Below, piece after piece: positions 1-13,000 of a DNA stretch of 64,000 nt; the stretch's first letter is position 1, and every line of letters starts with the position of its first letter. The DNA is from Raillietiella orientalis (lineage: Eukaryota). The stretch lies in contig JAYWIR010000032.1 of assembly GCA_036172245.1 (NCBI GenBank), positions 1,674,001 through 1,738,000 of the forward strand, given 5' to 3'. A program made the translations under genes and the position numbers. The notes beneath the pieces were generated by a model. It saw nothing but the letters and a program-made list of their open reading frames with translations. It made no database searches and was not told the DNA's origin.

Positions 1-2245
1 AATGGCAGACCGACTTGCTGCAGCGTCAGGAGGCTTTGCATCCCTTCAGAGGCCCGCGAATTCGGAAGTCTGCACCTGGAGATGCCTGCAGCGGAATGGG
101 AGATCTGCGTGCAGGATGCTGCTCCGTTGCGGGAGAGGGCGGCTGGACCGCCAGGCGAAGAGGAACGTCGAGCGAGCAGGGCCGGCACGCTGGCCGCGGG
201 CTGACCTCCTCGGAAGCGGTCAAGTGCGGCTCCGAATTTCCAGCAACCCCCCTCGTCTCCCGAGCTCGGGTGCTTCAACTCCCATTCTGCGGAGTCCCTG
301 GGGCGTGCGCGCACCTCCTATGCGGGAACCCCAGGAAGGATGCGCGGACCGGAGGAGCCCCACCAGCGCTGCCATTCCTTCGGGATGAAGGTGGCGAGCC
401 AACCGGCTGCAGCCGGAAGGCGACCTGCGAAATTGCGGGAAAGGGAAAAATTCGGGACGCTGGACAGCGCGTCGGTTGTCTGATGCTTCGACCCCGTTGC
501 CCACCCCAAGGGACTTCCCCATTCGAAATCCCTGCGGGGAACGTGGCGACCCTGCGGTGCTTCTGGATAGCTCTCCCTCCCTTTGAAGTTCCAGGACTCG
601 GCGCCGCGACTGCTGTGTTGGGCTGTCCCGTGCCACGCACTTCCTCCACCACTGGACTAGGAGCAGTGCGGCCGCAGACTCTGCCACGGGCCTCCAGCTC
701 CCAGGGGACGACCCGAAGGGAGCGCTCGGTCTCCCCTCCGCGGGTGATGGAACGTCACCTGAGGTAACGATCGCAGCCTCGCGCTGCGCAGCGAGGAACC
801 GCGGCGGGAGAGGCCGAGAGATGGATGACCCAGAGATGACCAAGAGATGATCCACAGCAAGAGAAGGAACCTGCCGATGTCCAGGAAAGGACTCTAGGGG
901 GAAACTGGTAACCCCGCGCGCTCCTACACCCTAAGAAGCACCCCTCTGGAGGGAGGGTACGAACCAGATCCATGGCACGCAATGGAGGATCTTCCCCCGA
1001 GGTGGAAGACGACTCCATTTTCGCAGCCCGATGAGGAGCTCTCAAGGGAAATGGTGCTCCTTGATTCCTAGAAGGACTCCGCAAGGTCATCTCCCAATCT
1101 CCGGCCACTCAAGGGGAGGCATCCGGTTTCCTCCTCCTACAATTGCCGCATCCAGAGCCTATCGGTCCGCCCGCGCTATCCTGCGGAAAGGGGGGGAGGA
1201 GGAAGCAGCTGGAAATCCACGACTCGTCCCCATCTTTCATTGAGTCGATCTTCCGCGTGGGGATTCGAATCCTCAACGATCGGTGTCACGAGCGGAGTCA
1301 CCCACTCCGAAATTTCTTTCTGTTCCCTTAATATTTTCCTGTTGTTGTATCAGGAAACTACTCTCTTTCCCTCAACTTCCCCGGTGCGGCCCTTCAACGG
1401 CAAGCTGCTTGAAAGCAGAAATGCCTCCTGGACTTTCGCTGACGTATCGCGATTCGAACCCAGCTACAAGAAAAGCCCACCCATGTCTATGGCATCGTAT
1501 AGTGGATACGCATCTTTTTTTCTTTTACATTAAAGGGGTCGGCGAATCCACGTAGACACTGATGCATGTTTGTCCACGCTTTGCTCGTCGTGCAAGAAGG
1601 CGGTACAAGCCAGCCAAGGGGGGATCTCTGCCAGGTACTGTGAAAGGGAAGTCTTCCTCACCTACCGGTTGTGTGTCCCGCCCTCCGGAGTGCCTGGGAG
1701 TATGTCGCTACGACCCTGCCTCCCCCAGAGGGACAATCCCCAAGGAACTGTTGAGACGCCTCTTCGCCCACGCGGCGGGTGTCACCTGCCGCGGCAAGCG
1801 GTGGCAGCGGTCCTGTGCTGCCTCCGCGGGGCCAAGAAGCCATGGCGAAAGAGGTCCTGGAAACGGAGCCGACCAAGATCTCGTTCATGAGGATGCCCAT
1901 CAGATGCCCCACCGCACAAGGCATCAGGAGGACCTTGCCAGCGTCCTGGAAAGGATGCAGGGGACTCCCAGGGAGGCCTATGTAACCCCTTCTCTTGCTC
2001 CCCTCCTCCATCTCCTGAAAACGGTTCCCCTTTGTCATTTATTTTCTTTTTTGTTGACTTCCTACCTCCCCCTCTCTTCCCTTTCCCCTTGTTTTCCATG
2101 TGCAGACTTCTCTGGGCAAAGCGCTCGCTAGCCGAAAATCGCCTCCGGGACTCGTTTTTTTTTGTTCTGACAGTTTGTAGGCAAACGGGTCTCCTTTTAT
2201 GATAGGCGCCCCGGAGTGACCTTCTTGCCCCGGATGGCCGGGTCA
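1..2245 (+). mobile_element. Degraded L1/Tx1-like LINE, RT C-terminal part to 3' end, interrupted by a SINE
   Basis: Frameshifted remnants TSYAG (~YADD) and GEPTGCSRKATCEIA (~RT domains 6/7). C-terminal PKELLRRLFA resembles other copies. Pyrimidine-rich 3' UTR and terminal CCCGG-N4-CCGGG hairpin near 2228-2242. Confidence 0.55.
860..1310 (-). mobile_element. tRNA-derived SINE copy (diverged)
   Basis: The reverse complement matches blocks of 20721-21323 (ccttgattc..gaaggac, ccatggcac..atggagg, ctcccaatctccggccac). B-box-like GGATTCGAATCC at 1261-1272. Confidence 0.6.
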
Positions 2246-2249
2246 TTAA

Positions 2250-4450
2250 TTTAAATTAAATACATCAAACTGCGGGCGTAGGCAAGGGGGAGGACGGCGT
2301 CGTCCTCGCCGGGGACTAGGAAGGAGCGGAAAGAGAGGAAACAGTGAGTAAATAAATAAATAAGAAATGGGACAGACCGACTCCACGGGTATTCCAATTT
2401 CATTCTCGGGGGTCCGCGTCGGGCAAGGAAGGGACCGAACGCCTAACCGATTCAGAGTCAGTCTACCCACTTCCTGGAAGAGTCATTTCGTCCTCTTCCG
2501 CACTCCCATCATTTTGGCAGCCACGTTTGCCCACACGCAGCCGAGCGTCGCCAGCGACGAGGCGACTGGCAAACCTGGAGGTGTGGACTTCTCTCTAAAG
2601 AGGTCTTCAGGGGATCATTGGGACCTGAGTGCCTCAGGGGTGCGCTTCCATCCCTGGAGCACACTCCCGCCTTCCAGTGGCACGTGCGGGGTGTTTACAG
2701 GGGAGACATTCCTTGGTCGCTCTGCCAGTTGGGGTGTGGTGGGGTTCCTAGCTTCGGAGGAGCGCCCAGTGCGCCAGCAAGATGGTAGTTTGCTGGCACC
2801 GGAGAAGGAGGAAGGAGGCGTCGACCAGGAAGTATGGGGGAATCTCCAGAGATTCCATTCATCTTCATCTGAGCTTTTGGAGCGACTTCGTTCCTCAAGA
2901 AGAGAGATTTTCCACTGGCCAGTGAGCTTGGTAACCCTGGAGGTAGTCACCTACCATTCTTCACAAGCAACCTCTTCCTCAAGATCCCAACAATGAACCT
3001 ATGGAAGCATGGCGTCCTCTGTGGTCACACGATCTGGGAAGAAAGCAAACATCGTTCATACCCACAAAGGGGGGTGGACGATGGCTGTGCGCGAGAGTTA
3101 GGCATACCACACGTTTCCAGTGATTCCTGCCTCCAAGAATTCCTGTTCCAGAGGGAGACAGGGTGTACATCCGTGGTACTCCATGAGCATCGTCCATTTC
3201 CCCGAAGTCACCGAAAGTAAATTCCCGGAATCGGTCGAGTTGAGCCCACCGCTCCGCAGTGCCTCGCCGTCGCCGACCTTGAGATGTGCCGCCAAGCCCC
3301 GTGTCATGCCTCTCTACCGTTACCATGCTTCCATCGTTGATCGGTGGTCGAGAATTCCATCCATGCCTCCGTGGTCACTTCCAGCACTCTTCTGTCACCA
3401 TGCGGGAAAGCAACTCTTTCCACTTCCCTCAATAAAGCGGGAATGCGAAGGCTTTCGAGAAGTGTTTCCAACGGGCGGGAGTTGTGGGGAACCTTCGAGT
3501 CTTGAAAACTCACACCTCTCCTCACAGATTCCAAGTCTGATGAGTCCAGGCAAGACATTTGAGGGTCGAGCGGAATGGACACCATTCTTTGAAGCCGGGA
3601 AACTCGACAATCCTTGTTTCTAAGCGTCTCCATGTTTGCAGGGATGAAGGTCAGATAATCGTGTGTACCCTCGAAGATTCATCCTCTGCTGAAGGAAATG
3701 ACGGAATTCCACACCGTCCTCTGCGCCCCATATCGACTCACATGATTCCGGGAAACACTCCACGGTCGCTCAAACGCCCGAAGGGGTGCCAAGGCTCAAC
3801 GGCGGCCCTGCACGAAGGGGGGATCGCGTTCTGTTAACCACCTCCTTCTTCCGCTGTTGTCAAAGGGTGGGAGCACGGACTCGTGAGAGACTTCAGCAGG
3901 AAGTTGCCCCAGCAATCGAAATCATTCCCAAGTAGCTCGCGGCATTGGAAACGGGAGTTAAAGGATATATTAAGCGACACGGGTTCCAGGAAGCGTACAG
4001 TCATGCCCTATGGCCTCAATGTGACGGGAGCTCGCATGTTTCTGGACTGCAAGGGACCGGAGCAACAAAGGACCGATCAAGAAACCTGATGGGTCCGAAA
4101 AGCTCCTTCTACCACCTGGATGACACCCCCTGGAGGACAACAGGAGGTCTGTAAGCAGTAAGTGCTGAGCAGTGGATGAGCGGGATTTCTTCGTGCTTTC
4201 GATTTCCTGGAGCAAGTAAGGGTGATGCTGCTGATGTGTCCACTGAATAAACGTGTTCCCGCAATATGCAGTTCAGGACCAGTGTGTACACGGAGCAGCA
4301 AGAATCGATCCCTTCCACACTGAGATTTTGCCCATATCAAAAGCACCTCAGGCCGATTCGGGTGTTTTCTCGTCATCACGATCGAAGGTTTCCTTATAGA
4401 AGAACACACATGCTGGCGCCGCCCACCTAAGATGGCATCGATTGCCGTCC
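2250..4450 (-). mobile_element. Degraded non-LTR retrotransposon, probably REL-endonuclease type (NeSL/Utopia/R2-like), RT to 3' end
   Basis: Remnants on the minus strand: YTLVLNCIL, AY/TDLLLS (~AYADDL), HPCKHG (~GGLG), RNPTT..HVPLEG (~PD...DVxVPFE) and SLATLGCVW...MGVRK (REL C-terminus). Confidence 0.45.
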
Positions 4451-5579
4451 AGAGGTTGAGTGAAGCTTAAGAAGGACCTAGGACACATCAATTAGGACCC
4501 AAGATGCATCATGCAAGTCCAGGACCCAAGATGCAGCGTGTCAGGCCAAGATCAGCGGAAGACATGATTTTCCGGGACCCACGAGAAAAAACCTACCCTG
4601 GAGCATCGGAAATAATGATTGGACCCAGATCAGCACACCCACGGAACGGATTCCAGCCTCCTATATGGGATGGTCCCCGCAAAAAGGGGGAACCGGGTCA
4701 TCAACCTAGCATTTCTGTCTATGCTCTTCCCTCTCCTCCAGATAAGCAACCACCTTTGCTGCGTGCTTCTGTTGTGAGCGTGGAACTCGGCGGAAAGAGA
4801 TCTCGAAGTAAGCTGAAGGCTCGAGAAGATGAGAAACGATCGGCGACGACATCGAGCGCGTCACCAGCGGTAACACTTCAGCCTCGGCATAACCATGACA
4901 CCGAACGAAGAAGCCCGGAAACTGCCAAGACGAGATTTTGCACTCCGTTTTCCTCCCCAAGCAACGTGCAACACATCGACCGGCATCTACATTCCTCATT
5001 TGCTTAATAAATGTTCCTGGGTGTTTACTGGACTGAGGCTATCGGTTGCTCCAATACCTGTTATGAGGGAACCCTCAACACTCATAAGTCTCTGCACGAG
5101 GGCTCGTTGAAGAGAAGATGGAACTATCCCATTCATCTCTGCTGGCGCCCTCTCTCTTCCTTTCTAACACGAGAAGAATTTCAGATCTTCCATTTTTTTT
5201 CCACGAAGAGTCCGCCAGCACAAAGGTCCACAAGGTTGTCCCATCGGAGCAGCTGCGACCCTCAAATGCCGTCTGTGTCGTCTAAGAGGTCTTTTACCGA
5301 GTAGTGGCCCATCAGCAGTCGCTCAGGAGCTCCAAGGGCCTTCCATGAATGCATCTTTCGCCCGTTGCAGGCAACGTCTGTCTGTCGGACTATCGAAAGA
5401 TCCGCGGAATCCTTCCATCGCAGCTTGGGACGGGGGGTGGCGAAGAAGGGCAATAAAAGTCAGGGGCGAAGGGATTATCAATCGGTGCAATTAAAAATTC
5501 ACGAAGCACCACTAATCAATAATTAAATCCCCATCAGCTGATTCGGGAGTGGAAAGCACCGGCACACCCGAATATGTAA

Positions 5580-7587
5580 TTGCTCCTCGGCCCCCACCTC
5601 GCTCGCTTTCTCGGATTTTCAAGAGCTGCTGCCAGGACAACGCTTGCTGCGGGGTCTGATGCCTGCAGTATCAGATCAGCTTCCGTAGAGAGACCGATGA
5701 GGGGTTCTCAGATGCAAGAAGGGATTTCCCCCCAAAGCAAGAAACACCAGCGTCTCGTTAAGCACGCAGGAGACGGTGGGCGGACGATGGGAGAGCTGCC
5801 AGAGGAACGGGGGAGTTCCAGGACAGCCGTTCGATCCCGCTGTGAACTCCACTGGATCTAGGAATTCGATGTCTCTCGGTGCGACCGCAGGGTACCCGCA
5901 CCGAGTGAAGAGGTGAGGCGGTCCAAACCCGGATCGAAGCGCGTGGACAGAGCGGTCGACGAGCATCTTCAGGTCAGAAGTGCGGTCAGCCCGGCCCTCG
6001 AACGAGAAGAACTCCAGATTTCTCCACGCCCACGCTTTCGTGGATGGTCCACGGGCAACTGAAATAGGAGGCGCAAGTTCACGTCCAGCGCGTACTTGGT
6101 CCGATGCGGGGAGACGTGGTGTCCCTCATCGGACGGCACTGCTCGCGCCGCGCCACTTCCCATCAGCATCAGAATGCCGGCTTGGGCATACGGACACTGG
6201 AACGAATAGAGCTGCAAGTGCAGTTCCGAATGCGCCAGGTCGTGGACCATCCACTTTGCGCCAAGTCGTGAACTTCCTCGTTGTGTGCGCCTGCGCTCAT
6301 CCTCCTGTGGAGATGCGCTGGCAGCGAAGGAGTGCTCTCATTGCTGCGAAACTTCCGCTACAGAATTCAGGGGTTCGTCTTCCCCCCGAGACAACTCTCC
6401 TCTCTGGTGAGAGCCCATTCGTTGATCTCCTGCCGCCCGACGAACTTCAATGCCTGACGGCAGGAGGTTGTTGAGTCCTGCGCTGCGTTCCAGGGAATGA
6501 GTTCTAAAGATCTTCCCCCTCTGCGACGTCTGTTGCCACGGCTTCTGGAAGCCGTGATGCAGGATGAGGTGGAGTGGTGGACCCTGGCCATTACATCCCT
6601 TGCTGAAGCGCTGTCTTCCCTCAGGGCAATGAGTGACAGTAGCCAACCGGCAATGTGGGAGTTTTCCTGCACCGCGGGAAATACAAAACTCCATCGCGGT
6701 TGGAAGATGGGCGAACTGGTGGATGCTGCCACTCCGCATGCTGTGGAGAAGGGAATCCTCCGGTGGGACCAATTGTTGAGTGTTGCCACTGAAGAACTTG
6801 CATTCCGTCCCTATTTCCTGGACAGCTCAGTGTTCCCCTCGCCTGGAAGCAGGCAGTGTTGCTCTTCCTCAACTGGGGATTCCAATGCCACGAGCGACGG
6901 CACCGAGTTTCCCGAGGGGTTGCATCCCCGAACTGTGCAAGGTGCGGGTTGACGGAGTCGATCCTGCACTTGCTTTTGGACTGCAATGCCCTCCCTGAAC
7001 TGTGTCGGAGGCTGGAAACAGCACTCCTGCACCAGGAGGACACCGCGCGAGACGAACTGCAGCGGTTCTTCGCTCCAAGAGACCTCTCGACAGGCGCAGT
7101 TATTGCAACCATCGGTTGCATCCGTGCCATCGTTGCGACCCGCCACGTGCTCGAGACCACTGCGCAGCGAAGAGAGGTCACCAAGATGGCAGCCACCTAC
7201 ATCACGACGGCTGCAAAGCGACCTCACCTGGGAGAGGAAATCAAGGAGGAGATCACTGACATCCACCGCTGGTTGAGTTTGTACCAACCCTCCCTTTACA
7301 TATTTTTTTTTTGCTATTCCCCATCTCCGTTTGCTCTGTAACTTCCCCAGTACTTCCACTTGTTCTTTTCCCGGGAAACGCGGAGCGAAGCCGAAGATCC
7401 CTGCCCTTTGCACCCACTTTGTTTTGTAGCCCCTTCTCCCTCCCCCGTTCCGGACTTTCTGCTGTCCTGGCATGCATTCCTCATGTGGACCCTCTCCCTT
7501 GTTCCTTGTTGTCTTCAGTTGGGAACTTTTGTTGCCAACTGGTTTATTTTTCTAACATAAACGCCCCAGCATGACCGAGTGAAAACT
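5580..7587 (+). mobile_element. Degraded L1/Tx1-like LINE ORF2 C-terminal region and 3' end
   Basis: ELPEERG (~LPxxxGGLG), family motif DLLPPDELQCL, zf-RVT CCHC knuckle NCARCGLTESILHLLLDC, pyrimidine-rich 3' UTR, and terminus ATAAACGCCCCAGCATGACCGAGTGAAAAC. Confidence 0.85.
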
Positions 7588-7599
7588 TCCCATCCAGCG

Positions 7600-8330
7600 A
7601 AGGGAGCCTGATTTTCTTGTCATCGATTCGCCCACTCGGCACGGGCTGAGTTCGCGGCTCGTGCGGGCGAAACGCAACTACCAGGAAGGGCGTGGTCCTC
7701 AGGAATGGGGAGGACCGTGGTTCGGGAAGAGTCGCATGCCGGAAACTCCCATTTCATTGCTAGAAGACACAGTGTTGTGTCCTGGGGGATTGAATTGGAA
7801 GAGCCGCTCACTGGCACCGCAGAGCTGGTGGCTCCTCCTGCCCTCACCTAAGGTCGATTCGAAACCTCGAGCCGAGCCTGGCCGCTCCATGGAGGAAAAC
7901 GAGCCACTGCAAGAGACCGCTTTCCTGGCTTTTGAGATCAGCTGCGACGGCTCGAGGCGGAGGGAGAAGGACGTAAGCTGAGGTGGACTACGCGAGAAGA
8001 CAGCAGGGAGTTAGACCGTCCAGCGCTCTCGGGGAGTGGGTTGCATGCAGGGTGCCGTCCCTTTCAGTGGATTGCCGGAGGAACAGTGGAGGCGGCAAAT
8101 AGCGGTCTGAGATTGCTGGCAGCCACCGTCGCCAACCGCAGAGGTGTCCTCCGCATTCGAGATCCACGGCACCTGCCCACCGGTGAAGTGGGAGATCTCG
8201 GGTTTCGCACAGAAAACTCCTTGGTGGCTGGACTGCACGTAGGCTTGCCTCGTGACAGATGACCCCTTCCCTCTCCCCTAGAGGACTTTTTCGTTGGGAT
8301 AAGTTCTTCTGCATTCCAACTGAGCAACTC
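7600..8330 (-). mobile_element. LINE reverse transcriptase fragment (domains ~2-4)
   Basis: Frameshifted DLK(K)A..VS..WL..SMERxG, resembling RT domain 3. Confidence 0.5.
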
Positions 8331-8380
8331 GAAGCGTCCCCCAGTGATTCATCGTTCCTCCCCCCACAAGTGGCAGCAGC

Positions 8381-9580
8381 TTTTCACCAGGCGCCACCGG
8401 GGAGTTCATAAAAACGAGCAAGCAGGTTGAGAACAGCTCCGGAAACAACAACAACAGCAAAAACAACAGAAAAGCAGTTCAAGGGGTGGGTTCACGGGCA
8501 CGCAGGTCGTTTTCTGGGGCAGTTCGAAGCAGAAGCGGACAATCATTCGATCAATCAGTCAATAGAAGAAGAACAGAAACTTTGGTGTTGGGAGCTCCTT
8601 CGCTTCCCAGAACCAGCACGGAATGCCGACGATCTCCTACTCGACTCCTTCCAGTTGATCCGTCCTTCAGGTGAGCTTTAGAGACTCCAGCGGGTGGCGG
8701 CGGACCATGACGATGGCACGGATGCAACATACCGTCGAGATCGTGGCTTCTGCGGAGAGTCCTCTGCGCTCGAAGAATGGTAGTAGCAAGTCCTTCGCGT
8801 GGAGTGGTGATGAAGACGGCCTCCATCAAGGTGCTTGGAGGACCCCGCAGTACAGCAACAGGTGCGGGAACGGTCCAGTAGTCTCCCGCTCCTCAAACAG
8901 TTCGGAAAGGCGACTCCCCCTGAAACTAGGCTCCTGCGCTGAGTTGCACTGGGAATCCCAGTGCAGAAACGGCAAGACTTCAAGGAAACACAGAGGTCTC
9001 TGCTTACCAGGGAGGAACAACGAGTCCTTTGGAGGGCGGAGGCACGCTCAATAGGTCGCTTCGCCGGCGTCCTTTCTCCCGAGAATGCGGAGTGGCGTCC
9101 ACAGCTCTCTCCCCTTCCAGCCGCCCAGGGGTTTGGTCAATCCAGCATCCGCGCACACGAACCCCCACCCTGATGGTAGGCAACCGTCGCTGCTTGCCGC
9201 TGAGGCAGGCGGCACTGCGGCAAGGGGAGTGACGGCCAAGCAGGTAGGCTTGGTCGAGCATTTTCCAGGAGCAGGTTGCTAGGAGACGAAGGAGACGAAG
9301 TTTCTTACGGGCTGATTGCAGATTCGGGGCCCAGACCACAAACGCCGCCTGGAGCCAGGTGCTCTCGCTCATTAGGCGGCAGGAGATCCAAGAGTAGGCG
9401 CCCAGGAGGAAAGACAAGCAGTCTCAGCGGGAAGCCAGGTGGCAGCAGAGTCGACGTTGCACAAGGGACTCCCCGTGCAACGCGCGTCGCCACCACTGGA
9501 CGAGGGGGAGCGGAATCCCTCCCTGCGGGAAGTTGGACTTCCCGGACCTGAATCCTGTGTTGTCCTCCGAGAGCTGTGAA
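8381..9580 (-). mobile_element. L1/Tx1-like LINE 3' portion (same family as 5580-7587)
   Basis: DLLPPNEREHL, LPFLHWDSQC, PHLLLYC knuckle remnant, and terminal motif ACTCCCCGGTGGCGCCTGGTGAAAA on the minus strand at 8381-8410. Confidence 0.75.
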
Positions 9581-9599
9581 AACGTTTCTCCGCGTCCCT

Positions 9600-10049
9600 C
9601 CCTTGCTCGATGGACAACCCGGAAAACTGTCCAAGAAACGCAGAGCGGAGAGTCTGGTTGCTAGCTGTCGCCACCGCAGCACACCGCTATCCTCGCAGAG
9701 GCTTCCTCTCCGAGAACGATGCCGGGAGAGGACGGCGCGACAGGGGGACCGCCATCCTGCGGATCGTGGCGAGGTGGAATCAGCTGTTCAGCTGCTAAGA
9801 GGATCTCGATGGCATCCTGCAAAGAATGCAGATGGACCGACGACGAGGGTACCTCCCATCCCAACTTGAAACTTCCTTTTTTTTCCTGTCTTCTCATTCT
9901 TCTCCATGCTCGTGGTGGACGTCGTCTTCGAGGCCCTCTAAGGATTGGCTGGCCTCGGTTCCTTGTATGTTTATATTTTTTTTTTTTTTATTTTTTTTTT
10001 TTTTTTAGTAGCAAACCTTTTTCATCCGGTGCAACCGGGTGAAAAAGGT
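9600..10049 (+). mobile_element. Short 5'-truncated LINE 3' end
   Basis: T-rich UTR followed by the family terminal hairpin CCGG..ACCGGGTGAAAA. Confidence 0.5.
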
Positions 10050-10099
10050 GGGAACCCTGCAAGGACCGTTAGTCTATCATCACAGGGAAGTGGACGGAC

Positions 10100-13000
10100 C
10101 TCAATGTAGAAATGATGGAAAAATCACCATCATTGTCACTCCTTCATTGTCCGTGAGTGTAATGCGAAGAGATGTTTCCCAAAGAGCCACCTTTCGCAAG
10201 GGGTCCAGATCTCTTCCTTGCTAGAGAAGATCGAATCTTGCCGGCTGATGGCTGAAACTCCAAGTTGCTCTGGCGGGGCTCAAGAAGGAACACCCAAGAG
10301 CGCGCTTCAGCTGTGATCAGGTTGCCAGATGACGAAGAACCAGGAAGTGGGGCACTTCTGGATCGCGACCGGAATACCCCCAGTCCGGCAGGGAACGCAG
10401 AAGAGAAGGGTTGCATGACCCTGAGATCCAGGACTCTCCAGACGTGCTGGAGGGGAGAAAATCTTCCCTTGAGATCACTTGGAATTTTCGGAGAGCTGAC
10501 CAGAGCTTAGCTTTCTCAGAGGGAGAGCTTCAGAAGAGTCCAGCAGGGAGTTGAGGCAAGCAAGCGAGTCGTGATACACTGGACCTCGAATGGGGATCAG
10601 TGATGGCCCAAGCACCTAGAAGAGCAAGCTGGCTCTTAGCTGGAAGCGACGGCGAGAAATTCCAAAGAGCCCAAGGTGAAGGTGGGGTCAAAAAGGAATG
10701 TTCTCTTGACTTATTCATAGTCATTGAGTCCGAGTCAAAGATGCCGAAGGCTCATCGAGCGACGTCTCCTCCCAGGCAGAGATTGCTAGCAAGACCGACA
10801 CCGTTCCCGTCCCATAAAAAGAAACAGCGTCTCAGGGTTTGATTTCTGCAGCAGGGAAAAGCACCGGACGTCCACACTGCCGAAGGCACTGGAAGTTGAG
10901 CACCGGCGCCGGCGCAGTAGAGGTGGGTAATCTGTGCCATATGTTGGAGACGAATTCAACACCCGCTCACACAGCCAGCGTCTTTTTTGTCAGCTGGAAG
11001 TTTGCCTGACCCGGTCGCCATGCGACGGAGCACAGCGATGTTGGAACCGGCAGCATGGCGGCACCCTGCGCGCCCCTGATGACCGTCGTCGTGAATCCAC
11101 ACGCGGATTCGCTAGAGGCCATCCGATCAAAGGAGATCAACTTGTCCACCATGATCATTCCGCATCCGCACATGGACGAACTGCCTGTTAAGACGGAACC
11201 TTTACGGCCGAGCAGCTTTTGAAGGCGGGAAGTCGAGGGGTGAAGCTCGTGGGAGAGCTCCTGTGAGGTCCCAAGAGAGTCTGCTCGGTACTCTTTGAGC
11301 AGAAAAAAGAAAACCTCGTTCTTTCACCTCCAGCACTCACCAGACCTCTGGATTTCGGTCCTAAAGTCGCAGCCAAAGGACGACCAAGTTTTTAAGGAGA
11401 GTTCTTGTGGAGTTCGTAGCAACAGTGACGTATCTACGTGATCGCTGCTACGAACGGTTACTAATTCTACTGTTGTTGTTCCTGGTGTCTCTTCTTTTTC
11501 CGCTTGTTTTGTTGCTGTTGCTGTTTCCTTTACCGCTGGCGTCTCCTCTGCTGCTTGTTGCTGTTGCTGTTGCTGCTATTGTCGCTGACTGCATCTGGTT
11601 CCATGCTGCTGTTCTCGAACTTGGAGGCGGGAAATTAGGAACTGGCGTGCTCGCAGCTCGAGCTTTGCTGGATCCGAGCACAGATCAGCGGAACGGGTGT
11701 CAAGGCTGCTTAGAGGGTCCTGCACTCCCTAATCATGAGAAAAAGATCGGACCAAGGAAGAGCTCGTCATCCAGGATTGAGAAGTGGAGCGGAAACCGCA
11801 TCGAGTCACCGGAAGTGACCGCAAAGCATCTGCGCCGTCTTTCCTCGACGCAGGGATAAGCGCAAAGAGCGCAGGAGAGCTCAGAAAGCAGAGGTGCCAA
11901 CTTTTCCCCAGAAAAACTCGCCCGATCTCCACGGGGCGACTTGGAGAGTCGACGCATCTGCGTAGACCAGGAGAGGAAGAGGACCGACCGAGCCACTGGT
12001 TCGTCCTGCGATATCCTCCACTGGAGGGAGGTTCCAGGAGAGAAAGGGCGGGCTCGGGGCTGGAAAGGGACTGCATCAGAGGGGAAGGGACAGGTGCCAA
12101 GCGCCGCCACGATGCTTCCTGCCCCTGGGAAAGAACGCGACGCGCGTTTGTGCGGCTGCGACCGAGGTCGAGATCCGGTCGTTTCCGTCCAACGGCTGAA
12201 CCATCCGACGTCCCCTCCCCTCTACCTTGGCAGCATGAAAAATTCAGAGCCCCCGGCTCCCATCCTCTTCTACGAGCTCGCCGAAACGGCCGTAACTATA
12301 GCTACCCCCGAGAAACTTTGGACGGTCCCTTCGGAGCGCCTTGGCTTCCCCCTTGGCTTCCCGAGTTCGCTGGAATGAGGCGCCGCCCTGCTTTCAAACC
12401 TTTCCTTCCTCCTCTCCGGGACTCTCTCCACCCGGCTTCTTCCGGGAGCAGAGGGCAGTCCGCCGACCTCTCGTGGCAGCCGAGGGCTCCGCGACGCTGG
12501 TCCGTGTGCTCGCATCTGGTCGCTATGCGACAAAGCGGGGCGCTCTGGAGCAAGTCACGATGGCGGCAGCGTGGCATCGTCCCTGATGGCCTTCGTCGCG
12601 GGCCCGCGCACTCTAAGACACGGGGCCCACGGGGATCACTCTGCTCCCGGGCAAGGACGACCCACGGGACCTTCAGCTCTTTGAATTCTTTCCTTCCTTT
12701 TTCTATTTTTTAATAATCTGGAAAGTTCGTCGGAGCTCCGTGAGGGATTCCCGGGTTCCCGAAGCAGTAGCAGAGACATGGAGTCTCCTCCGTGGGTTCA
12801 GGCGTCGGTCTCGCAGCTGCCGAGCCCTTTCGCTTCGCCCCTGGTAGAGGAGCGTCGTCGTTGTCGCCGGGAAGGTCGAGAGACCTTGCGCCGGATGGGC
12901 GGCATTGCCAAGGAGAGCCCGGTTGAGACGACTAGGCGTGCTTCGGACCAGCAATGCAGAGGCTGTAGTGACCGCTCGTCCTTCCAACGGGGTATGGGGG

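Noticed and set aside
7557..7587. LINE terminal motif as a hammerhead ribozyme or Helitron end
   Set aside because: Lacks the CTGANGA core and three-stem layout, and has no CTRR terminus.
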